Shown: in pieces, positions 1 to 12,112 of the stretch
Layout of the letters: each line of letters begins with the position of its first letter
Position numbering within the stretch: position 1 is the stretch's first letter
Assembly (NCBI RefSeq): GCF_964204865.1
Contig: NC_135264.1
Location: 7,068,001-7,132,000, forward strand
Source: Styela clava
Taxonomy: Eukaryota
Reading direction: 5' to 3'
Length of the DNA stretch: 64,000 nucleotides
Position numbers and translations under genes: made by a program
The notes under the pieces: model-generated
What the model saw: the letters and a program-made list of their open reading frames with translations, nothing else
The model's database searches: none
What the model was told of the DNA's origin: nothing

Positions 1-510
1 TAATAGATTCGAATATTTTACAGGCCCCTGGCGTGTCCAAAAGCTACCGGTATGCCTCTGGGCATATACGACACACGAGTAAGGGCCACGTTTACTTGAA
101 TATGACGTCACCACAAACCGGGAAATTCATTCCTTCCTCGGTTGCTGCTGCATTATTGCTTTGCGTGTCTACTTGTTCGCGCTTCGTTGTTAGTTTGGTC
201 TTTGAGTTGGCGCTTCCTGGATTTAAATCTGAAATTGTGAAACTCCATAGTACGAATAGTGAACCTGTGGTACCAATAATATATCAGATTCCCACAACCA
301 GCCAACTGAGACTTTACTTACCTAGATTCAGAGATTTGAAACGCTGTTGACTGGTTGAACGCCTTCTTTTTCCGTCGCCCTGCAAGCTTCAGTCCGATAC
401 CGGTACTTGAACACAGCAATACTAGTTTACTTACTGCTGGAGGTTGACGTAACGTCACTTACGGACTTCATACTGTCATACAGTCATAGGATATTCCGAA
501 CAGTTTAAAA

Positions 511-3500
511 ATGGTGTTTGACTTCAGAAGGTAAGCTTGATATTTTAATAGCATTATAGGGCCTACTTTTGAACTTTTTTTCCGTTTTCTCATTTTTGAT
601 AAGAAATAGGCCTACCATACCGCTGAACGGTACGGTAATAATATTAGAACTGTAGAAGCTTTTCTGTCTGTCTGTCAGTTTGTGATAGACATTTAACCTA
701 ACTTATCAAAGATCTGCGGACAGACAAATCCGAAAATGGAAAAGGCACATACGATACTAACACAATCTCATCAATTTATTTAGGTTCGACGTTTACAGAA
801 AAGTCCCAAAAGACCTAACACAACCTACAACAGCCGGTGCAGCAAGTGAGTTCTTTATTCATTCAATTGTTAGAAAAAACAATTGTTAGTACGGCAAAGT
901 TGAACGATTCCAAGAATACAGGGATACGGTAGCTCTTAGCTAACAGGGAATGCAAACACTTTTATTACAAGACAGTCTGAGCCTTCATATCGGCAAACCG
1001 GAAGCGCAATTTAAAAAACGTCACCATTAGATTTCTTAATAATAAGGATTATTATATCATTCAAAAATTCTTATGAAAAAAACGCAATTTTGTAACAGCC
1101 AACGCTCCTCGCAATCAATTTAAATTATTATTGAGACAAGCATGCCACGATCTGATGCATTGCCATCGTGTCAGACGCCCTCATTTCAGAGACAAATACT
1201 GTATATGTGTTCTATTGAACCAAATGTCAGAACATCTTGGAATCAGAAAAACTTATTGTTTGTGAAAACAATGTAGATATAACTGTAGGTGGTAAAATGC
1301 TAATTCAAAACGAATGCTTTTAATACTTTATCAATAAACACTGTTATATTGCTAAGATAATAGAAAACAAAGTGACAAAATACTTCGAATTAGTCGACTC
1401 TTTCTCACTGCAAACAAATTTCCACAGGTATTGAATGCAAAGGTTTAATGTCCAGCAAACTGATGTAGCCAAATTTTTACCAGATTCATAAATCATAGTC
1501 CCTCATCCCATTATTCAATTTTCACCATGAATGATTAACAGTTTTATGACTTAATAGTGATTTAAAGAAACGCTGGGAATTATTTACAATAACAGTATTT
1601 TTTTTTCTCTTTTTCAGTTTCAATAGCCTGTTCTTTGTTTATATTTTTCCTCTTCATCTCTGAGCTTGCAAGTTTCATCACAGTAGACGTGTAAGTATAA
1701 TTTTTTATATGAAGTGTTTATATGACTGCCATCAACAAGGCTCTGTATAAGCAACCACTAATTTCCTCGATTCGGCACTACCTACCCGATTCATCACATT
1801 CTGGGTGAGGTGGTGGCCGGTGAGTATAGGATTCCAACCACTTCAAGCATTCAAAACAACTTAATGGAGGAATGGACTCAATAAAATGAAACCTCCTTTA
1901 TATTTTTCCCAATTTATTTTCATTGCTTTGTGTCAGTTCAATATTATATTGCCAGTCCGAGAGGCCATTTTGTTTTATCTTACTGGTCCGCTAAGGTAAA
2001 AAGATTGAGAACCCCTGCACTAGGCCACCCAGTCTCTAAAAATTTGATTTAATTTGCCCAAATTCATATTCTGAACCAGTTTCATTCCATTTTAAATCTG
2101 TAGACTTTATATTTCATTTTACTTGCGAGCCGTAGAGGTATTGCTTCCTGGGTCATCCATGTATTATATCATTTGCTCTACCTAGGTAACTATCTAGTTT
2201 CAGATTAGTGAATTGCAAATTGGCAGATGTGTGTTAATAAGCTTTTATTCGGGCTTACTTGGACACCAACAGACTTCTTTTTTGGTGCAACTTCTACTGT
2301 GTTAAACTTACTTCTGTCCGAAATATATTTTGACGTAATGACACCAACATTTACAGTACAGTACGTATTTCTTTTTAGTGTAAGTGAACTATATGTTGAT
2401 GACCCACAGTCTGGAGATAGAATTCCCGTATATTTGGATATTTCATTGCCAGGGATGGCATGTGAATGTAAGTAAAATACTTATTTATTTTCTATATTCA
2501 TATATATAATAAATTAAGGTCCTATTTTTCAATTCTATTGTTATGTTAAATTTCAACAAATTAGATTTTTCTGCTTCAAGGAATTTAATTATTATTTGAT
2601 CAAGATATAAAAACTATAATGCTAATACTGTGATAAAATTGTTGCGTATTGATATGCCTCAAAAAATTTTCAGAGTATATAAAAAAAATTATCATGGTAT
2701 ACATACAATTAAAGTGACTAACTTGTAATAATTGTAACATTGTCCAATTTATATACCGGTAGTTTTATCTCTTCAATATACACAAGTTTTTTATGTAAAC
2801 TTTTATTATAGATGTTGGGCTCGATATTCAAGATGAAATGGGAAGGCACGAAGTAGGATTGGTTGATAACACAAATAAAGTTCCAATCAATGAAGGAGCC
2901 GGATGTTTGTTTACAACTTCATTCCATATCAATAAGGTGAGAGATTTTGTCATTGCTGTCTTGAACCTGAAATTTATGTATGGAACTGCAAGTTAGTGTT
3001 AAGTGTTAGGACCACGCTCGCCATCACACTGCGTTACTCTGCTTGGTTCCGCAGGTTCAGATCTTGTTAAAAATTATGTGAAATAGCACAGAATTGCTGA
3101 CTCTGTATTTCAATGTAGTTCATGTATCCTCTGGTCGGTTATATGGCTTTCTCTACCATCAAGTAAAGGCATTCAAAACAAATATTCGCATACCTAGCAT
3201 GATCAGTAACCGGACAAGACGTCATGGTTAATTTTATTTTTTCAAGTCATCTTGTTAAGCTTTTTGCTCCCCTGGATAAATAAAAAAATACATTCTTATA
3301 AATAAGTAAGGCTTTCATATTTATTAACCAAACTGTACTGAATTTAAGTAATTTTTGAAATATTTTAGGTCCCTGGTAACTTCCATGTATCAACACACAG
3401 TGCACCAAGTCAACCTCCTAATCCTGACATGACTCACGAAATTCGGGAATTGAGATTTGGAGATAGGATCATGGTAAATTTATTTCTTTACTCTTTACTA

Positions 3501-5316
3501 ATTATTTCACTAGAATATTAACATTTATGGTTTATTACATTAACCAACTAAATTGTGAGCAGATGAGAAGTATAGTCCAACACTAAATTTAATATACCAA
3601 AAGTGGGTACCTGCTCAGTCATAAATGATGTTAAGTGAGGACATACATACCTGTCGTAAATGCACGATTACATACTATATATGTGACGTAAACTTATCTG
3701 AATTTTCTATTTTAGTCGAACAACATTAAAAATGCAGCTTTGAATTCATTGAGTGGAAAGAAGACATTGGAAAAACATGGTGAGTTATATATCTAATTAT
3801 CCCAGTCAAAGTGTGATTGTGTTGATTGTGATGGCGTCACATTTTACATATCTTGTCTTGGTTCAATTCCCATGCCAGCCACTTCACCCAGTGTAATAAA
3901 TTGGGTAGACGAAGCCGAAACTGAAAGATTCTGGTTGCTTGCACATAGCCTCATTTGGAGCAAAAATTGTGAATAAGTGTCATGTAACAAAATTCAATTG
4001 TTCTATATTCATCTATTCCTATATTCACATGGTTGACTTAAGTTCATTTAAGCAAGAAGAAACATGCTAATATTATTGAAAATTACGCTTCGCTTGCCTA
4101 ATTAAACTATCAATATTATATCTATTAGACTCATGAAAAATGGCGTTTTTAGTAAACGTCAAAAAACTGTGTTATCAATTTCTGAGGAAAATACAAAATA
4201 GATTCCAGAACTAAAATAAATTTCGTTTCATATAGAAATAACGATCATATACTTATTCCAGCTTTGTCTTCTCATGATTACGTTATGAAGATCGTACCAA
4301 CCGTACATGAAAATATAAACGGAGATATGCAGTATGCATATCAATATACGTCAGCTTACAAAGTAAGTACTGGTCATGTTCAATTTTAACAAATAGTTAT
4401 TCAAAACCTAACTTGAAACATTATTCATGTACTCTGAAATCTTAGCGAAATTATATTGCTGTGTTACAGTGATCGTTAGCGCCTTAGCGACATTACAATA
4501 ATGTTCATTTGCAAATTACAATAAAAGGAAACTGATAAAAGGAAATCTGGTTTACGAGCCCGTTCTGAGAATATCATTATGACACACGTTGTACAAAATA
4601 TCACAGGATACAAAATACGGAAATGACATAAGATATTCCAGGATTCACTTTACTAGTCTAGAATTGATAACTAATATTTGTTGTTTCTGAATACACCTTA
4701 TTTTTGGTCATATTTACTGTAGTTTTAAATTTGTAAATATTTTGTGTTTCAGGATTATATTTCATATGGACATGGTCACAGAATCTTGCCTGCGATCTGG
4801 TTTAAATATGAATTGACACCAATCACAGTAAAGTATACAGAAAAGAGACAACCATTTTATCATTTTATAACAATGGTAGGTTACTTTTTAGGACATGATT
4901 AATATATTTACAAAGTACATTTAGATCTGTATTTGATTATTATATGCCAAATGGTGTAATATTATTTGTGAAAACTTACAACTTTTCAATTTGTTTATTT
5001 TTAGTTTCTTCAAGTGTCTTTTTTACATTGATATTATTTAAATACTTTTCTTTTGGGGATTGTGATTTTTTCTATCAAAACATGATTTATGTCCGCGGAA
5101 AGATAGTTTCATTTAAAGTTACAGAATATGAATATTTGCAAAACAATTAGCACAAATTTTCATGAAATGATCTAGTTTTTCAATTAATAAAAACATTATT
5201 TATTTCAGGTTTGTGCAATTATAGGAGGAACTTTCACTGTCGCTGGCATCGTCGACTCTTTCGTGTTTTCAGCAACTGAGATGTACAAGAAATTTGCCCT
5301 TGGAAAATTATCGTGA
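511..5316 (+). CDS. ERGIC1: Endoplasmic reticulum-Golgi intermediate compartment protein 1 (ERGIC-32), about 289 aa, 10 exons
   Basis: Exons 511-530, 784-845, 1618-1690, 2379-2467, 2812-2936, 3369-3473, 3716-3779, 4262-4362, 4753-4875, 5209-5316, all GT-AG and phase-compatible (870 nt). Translation MVFDFRRFDVYRKVPKDLTQPT...ELYVDDP...GLDIQDEMGRHEVG...INKVPGNFHVSTHS...PAIWFKYELTPITVKYTEKRQP...CAIIGGTFTVAGIVDS...YKKFALGKLS follows known ERGIC1 end to end. Confidence 0.96.
2985..3305 (+). mobile_element. tRNA-derived SINE-like repeat in ERGIC1 intron 5
   Basis: Degenerate A/B-box-like head (GGTTCAGATC) and A-rich tail; the 3' part has a diverged reverse-complement copy at about 41680-41855. Confidence 0.55.
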
Positions 5317-8300
5317 TCAAGTCTTTTATTCTGGAAAATTTTTTATATCGTCTTAGGCAAATGCTAATGATTATCATTATTATAGACGCTCTTATTACAA
5401 CAACAAAGACATTATATTTAAAAATGATAGCTGTTTTCATTCAATGTTGTATTGAATGCAATTTTAATATTTTATTTATATAATAGCAGGATTCCCCAGC
5501 ATACATGGTGAATTCTGTTTTGACTGATATTTTCACTCATTGGAGCATACATAAATTTTTATTTTAAAGATTCCCTTTTTCTCAGCTCAAATTGATTTAT
5601 ATTTAATCAAAAGTCGAACTTATCGAAAGAAAATGTTTTCAGAGTTTTAATCTTTCATTAATTTTAGGACAGCTTGTCTCATTTTACATTGATTGTAAGT
5701 CTAGCATGGCATAAAGATTCATATTTTTTCATCATATATAAAATAAACATCTAATATTATCCTGTCGACGACTTACCAAGCTTGCCTAATACACGGCAAT
5801 ACTTTATACACATGGATTTTACTTTTATCAGTCATGTTTTAATCTTTACCCGATTATAAAAAATCTGTGAGCAGGCAGATAAATGTAGAAATTATTTTAT
5901 CAATGCAGTAGCAAAATTGCAGTTTATTTCATTATCAGTTCAGCAGTCATGTTTATACACAATATATATAAATATATAAAAGATTTTTTTTATCACAAGG
6001 AATTCTGAAAACTAGCTAACAGTGTTTTGATATTCATGAAGTTATTTTTGTTTTGAAATATTTTCCTGGAATCATGTAAATGATTATTCGTTTTACGAGT
6101 TTTACCAATTGACTTCGTTATTCTATAACCACAATCTGGAATTACTGAATTTTGAGCAAAGTGTCTAAAATTCCCGCACAATGGTCAGGCATTTTAGTTG
6201 GGTATTTAATGCTTTATTTCATTTGGTCTCTACTCTCTATCGATAAAAAATTTATGCTGAATTTCATTTTTGTAAATTTGAATTGGGTACCTTGATCTTT
6301 TTACAAAAATAATCTCAAAACTTTTCAAAAGATGAGAGTTTGTTTTCACATGAAAAATATTTCGCTTCTCATTCTGACCAATTCTTGAAATCCTTTTTTC
6401 TTTTTGAATAGGTCTACATAGATGTTTTTTTCTAAGTGTTTAAAGTGACCTAGTTATTATTTAACAATATAGATGTATGGTTTTTATGCAACTTGAAGTG
6501 GATGGTGCAGTTTCGTTTTTGACTCAAAATATTTTATCAGTTACATTAGCAATCGTAGAATTAGTACTTTTTTGAATACAATACAATAAGTGCTGTTTAT
6601 CTTCTCAGTGATAAGCATAGGTAAGAAAGGGAAATTCATTTTACTCACTATTATGGCCTTCCTTTTTATTGCTTCGCTCTTTAAGTACAGTCATGGCCCA
6701 CATTGTTATTCATATGTGTTTGATTTTAGCCCAAAATAGGTCTTCCCTTCTTGAAGTGTAACATTGCCACAAAACTTGTTTTGTTTTTTACTTGTTTTTG
6801 TTGAAGTAATGTTGAGTGTGTTTTATAGATCCAATCCATCATTCATTCTTATTTTTTGTTGGTTGTTTATTACTTTGACATGCTGGACCAATTTGACTTT
6901 TTTTTGAAAATTGGAAATAAAAATAAAATTTGGCTTAATTGGATTTTTGTTCTTAACACACGCTCGGCTTCATAAACATTGAAAGCAGCTTTCAGCTATA
7001 TCTTCCTACATTATCTTATTGACGCCCTGCTAAAATCTTGTAAAAATTTACTAGGCCAACCTCCAAAAAGATTTAAAAATGTCAATTTATATTTACTGTA
7101 TTCACAAATCATGTGTAGGTAAAAAGTATTAACTGCCGTACACATTACTACAAAATTTGATAAAGACGATTTTAACAAAACGGGCTGCTTTTTAACTGGT
7201 TATTGGATTATTTCATTCGAACCGTTTACAGTGTCTAAATTTTATTTTGCCTATTTTTATGCTAGCAGGCAAAATTATTATTTAGTATAGTTATTATTGC
7301 TTGAATTTAGTTTATTAGGTTAGTCATTTATTTATCGCAAAACTAAGCTAATATACCAGTTACCAGTACATCTTCTCTGGGTTGACGACCTAATGTGCTG
7401 AACATCACCCGTAATACCTAGTTGTTCTTGTCTATTGAAGTGCCTTTCAAACGGACTCTTGTTTTAATAATAAATTGAATCGTATGTTATATCTACATTC
7501 ATAGATATGCATCCATGTAAGTGTACTTGAAATGAATTGCTTGGGCGACTCCACCTGCATTTGCCGGTGACGTGTAGTGCAACAAGCGTTACGTGGCGAG
7601 GATGACCCTTTAGGAGTAAGGGTATGGAAGGTGGCGAGAGCGGTACAGACTAAACGTGTCTCATAGTCGCAAATGCTGGAGGGTAATAGGTAATTTCGAT
7701 AGCACACCAGGCGCCCGTCCCGATTTGGCGAGATTGAGGCGCGTTTTTGTTTCAACGCTTAGGCATAATATTATATCAAAACCTGTATGTTAACCGAAAA
7801 ATGCATATATGGATTGTTATTTTGTTATCGCGATGTTCGGGTCAGTTGAATCGATATTTTAATAGATAGAACCGAGATTTATCGAATTCGAGTTTTTACT
7901 TTTTGGAATTTGTACCTGTTACCCACTTGCTGTTCTTACTAATTTAACGAAGAAATAAGTAGTTGAATGTGAAAATCGTAGACGCAGAGGCTGGGCTGTG
8001 ACATTTTTGTCAACCCGGAATAATGGGTCAGGGCCCATGTCGCTTTTTTGAGTGGTTCGCAATCGAAGGGAATCTTTTTACGTATGATCTCACCGCCATG
8101 TGAATTAGACGAAATACTTGTGGATATGTTAATAATTCCTAACGGAATACCACGTAATACATCTCTGGAAATTGGGCTGTAGGGCTGAGCATCTCTTTAA
8201 CCAATCCCCCTTTCAAAGTCGTTCAACAATTTATTTGAATATGGGTTGTTGAAAAGCAAAAGTTTGAACAAAGATAATACAACAAAACTTAACAGAGACT

Positions 8301-8386
8301 TGCTCACTTATGCCTATTATTCTACTCTTAATCATTTTATCAAATTCAGTTGCGATTCTCCGTTAGTGAGTTTTATTATTCCAGCA

Positions 8387-10244
8387 ATGACGCCTAATGA
8401 AGAAACTGAAGTTAAGCAGCGTGTTAAAAAGGGTCATCCGCAGAAATTATGGAAGCGAACTCAGAAGACTGAGAACAGAAAGAAACGACGGGAGGAGAAG
8501 TTGGATAAGTTTAAAGAGTGGCGTAAACTGGCACGTACATGCGAATTCCACGCCCGTCGACATTGGATAAAACTTCTTATTGGTGCTTTCATCTTTGTAC
8601 TGCTTATTGCCATGTACAATATGGCAGATCTTGATGATCAACGAACCCCTCCTGTGACGGATAAGGTAAGGGGACGTAACAATTCTGAAGTTGCTGGTTA
8701 CGTAGGTCTCGTTCATTTCACATTGTACAACAGAGCTACATCTCATATCCGTCATATTTTCCAAACTCGCAATATCGTCATGAGTAGCATGGTTTTCTTT
8801 ATGTAGGCTACTGACAAAATCGGTTGGGTTTAATAGTTACGGTGAAAATCGATTTTTTTTAACTTCTACATTCTCCTCAGCAAGAAATACATCGACAAGA
8901 ATATGGGAAAAAGATGTACATATGTAAACTTCGTGTTGCAAACAACACTTTTTACTAATTATTCTAATTGATCACTTTTAGGCAACAGATAGTTACACGC
9001 TATCAAAGTTGATGTCGATTTGCTATTCGATTCAACAGCTCTTTACTATTTAGAATTTCATTTGCAGAAGATTTCTATTAATCTTCAACAAACCCATTGG
9101 TGGTAAATTAGCACCACTAAAGCACATATGCCCAAAGCAGAACTTTATAGGGAGACATTCTCGCTACCGTTTGATTTGAATAGTAATTCATAGATTACGG
9201 TCTTAAAAGAATTTTGTCAGTCTGAGGTCTAAATTTTTTATTATTTCAGGTGATAGTTGAATTTGCACAAAACGGAACATCTTTGGGAACAGTTACTCTT
9301 GGTTTATTTGGTCAAGTTTGCCCCAAAACATCCACTAACTTCATAATGCTGGCAACTCATGAAAAGGGATATGGCTACCGCGGAACTCAGCTTTTTATGG
9401 TGATGCGTGACCACTTGATAGCGGTGAGTAAACAAACGTGAACCTGTGAATTGGTTTAGAGACATGGCAAGTTCGTTGAGATGGGTGCCGCTGATCGGCT
9501 ATGTATACTAGTTGTCCTACCGTTTTCCGGTAATTCAATAAATTCCCGAAGCGGCCCAATTGAAAATAAACTCAAAATTGCATATTACAGGGTGGTGATA
9601 CGGAAAATGATGACGGAACTGGCGGCAAGAGCGCCCTCAAGAAACCATTCCTAAATGAAAACTTCGGCGTTAGTCATACCGGACCTGGTTATTTAGGGAT
9701 GGTATCAATTGGAAGCGGCCATGGTATCAGCCGACGGATGTCACAATTTTATATCACGCTCGGTGCCTTACGACACATGGATGGGAAGAGTGTGATATTT
9801 GGAAAAGTGTTAAAAGGTTTAATATACTATTTTCTCCTCTTTTTTGTTTTATACCTTACTCCGCCCTTTTCACGTATTCTTCAGGGTGGTGCCATAACTA
9901 GAAAAATATAACAACTCTTGGAGATCTACAAATCACTGCTGGCCATAATTTGATGACGAGATTCATTCATAAATATTGAAACATAATACTGCATATTAAG
10001 CAGTTAATAGCTACACATTTCTTTTTCGTTTGATCCAAAGTTTTTTTTATTTCATTTATAAGTAGAACATTGAAAACCATCATTAGTCTTCATGATAAAA
10101 ATTAAAACACTTATTAATTTATACACTTTTTATTTGTATTTAGGTATGGAAGTCTTTAATAAAATTGCAGAAACACCGGTTGATAAAGAGAGTCGACCAC
10201 TGAAGAAGATCACTATTAAAAACATGGATCACACACCTAACTAG
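8387..10244 (+). CDS. Cyclophilin-family (PPIB/PPIC-like) protein with basic N-terminus and single TM anchor; predicted catalytically inactive; about 259 aa
   Basis: Exons 8387-8665, 9250-9423, 9591-9816, 10144-10244 (780 nt, GT-AG). Scaffold motifs PPVTDKV, GLFGQVCPKTSTNF, GGD, DGTGGKS, NENF, HTGPG, SQF, DGK, FGKVLKGMEV. Hydrophobic segment WIKLLIGAFIFVLLIAMY at about aa 60-77. Confidence 0.92.
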
Positions 10245-12112
10245 AAAACATTAGAATATATATATGTCTTTAATATTGGAAATTCTAAATCAGTAAATAT
10301 ATATGACATATTGTACTAAAATATCCCATGCGTGATTTCCATTAAAAATGGGTGAAGTTCAAAAACAAGATATCACATTTCAATATTTTTGGATATATAA
10401 TATATATATGTTTCATAGTTCTAGTAAGAAATACAAAAAAAGACATTCAATTTTTAAAAATTATAAAAAACTCGGTGTAATTTGCAGAGGTCTATTTTTA
10501 TTTCAAACCAAATTTAGGTCTAATATTCCAAACAAAGTATACGCTTTGAGATCTGACTGAAGAATGGCGATTTTGCGGTATGGCAGTCATTGTGGAATTG
10601 CTCTAATCAGTCTTTAAAACGATTTTTAGTTTTTGGTGAATTTCAAATCAAAATATTTGGTGATGGTGTTTTCTTATACAACAACAATTTGTTGTTTACA
10701 AATAAATAAAAACCTCAATATAAGAGCAAAGTTTTCAAGCCTCGCTATATTTTGCAACTTACATTAAAGGGGATGATGCGGCGGAGTTTCATGATAAATG
10801 AAATAGGGTAGACTGTGTATGGGCAGAAATTTTTGACCCACTCAAACATATAGACTACTTGCACCTTGCGCTCTAGTGGCTTTGATAAAAATTTTGATTT
10901 GTGTAAAAGTGTGAAACTTAAAATTTCACTACCTATTTTCTGGATATTTTAATATCGCTCCATATCGTGATAAAATTAATATGATGTTTCAAAAAACGTT
11001 TGGTGGCTTTTGACTACTTAATACACCAACACATTATTTGATAAACGATAGGATCTTCATCCATAGCTTTTTATAGGCCGACGGTGACAGGGCTTATGAA
11101 CCAAACTTTATATAAACACATATAAAAGTCGCTACCCAAGCGAAGACAATTTACAATTGACGAACGAGCTTTTCTCGCGGTGAGGCAAACGAACAACGAA
11201 AAACAAACACGCCTTTCTTTACCTGAAGACAAACAAAAGGACTCATATTCCCGTCTGTTAGGTAATTCCAACGGTTCTCTCTCGTGTCTGAAATCTCTGA
11301 AAGAACAAGTGAGAGACAACAATAATTCTGACCAACGACTTGCCACGTTTTAAAATACATAGCCACATATTTGATCCGTTGTGTTTTTGGACCTATAATA
11401 TATCACTAAATGAGAAGAGTTCAGAATGTTTACAACTTTAACATTAGTATGTTAGCAAATTGCTACGGGGGTCCAATTTTGGCGAGAATTGTCTGATCAA
11501 GCATCGTATATTTATATTATTTTTCAGCGAGCATAGTGTAAGAGATGAATATAAGTAAATATTGGGTGTTATTTTCCATCAAAAAGTTTTTATTTTACCA
11601 GTACGAAGTTTAAATCTCCAAATTACTTGAATTTGTCTTTGTTTATTTTTTATCACTTTCCCTTTAAAACCGTTGGCCATAAATCCTCTTCAAATCTATT
11701 GTTTGGAATAATAACTCGCCGAGTTTGTAGTTAAATATGCTATTGAGAGAAAAGCTAATAGAAGTGCCGTTACAGCTTAGGTCAGTTTTATGGCGTGGGC
11801 CGAAGAATCGAACGTAATTCCTTATAACCTCCAAGAAACCGTTTTATTATTATAGCTAACCTATTGTGTGTGTAATGACAGCACGAACGAAAGTTTCTTA
11901 TCCAAATATATTTAAAATATATACATACATATTTAATATTGAATAAAATCTGGGATAATTGTTAGCTCAGCCAACGGCCGCCTTTGTTATACATCGCCTC
12001 GGAGATTTAAAGATCCATGTCACCTACATAAGAAATGTACTGAGGAAAAAATTTTCGTGGGCAGGTTTTCGTTTGAGGGCAAGCCTGGCAAAGTATTCAG
12101 ATCCAGACAAAC

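Noticed and set aside
33-350. 105-aa + strand ORF upstream of ERGIC1
   Set aside because: GTG start, no motif, overlaps promoter-like sequence; typical of the many spurious short ORFs in the track.
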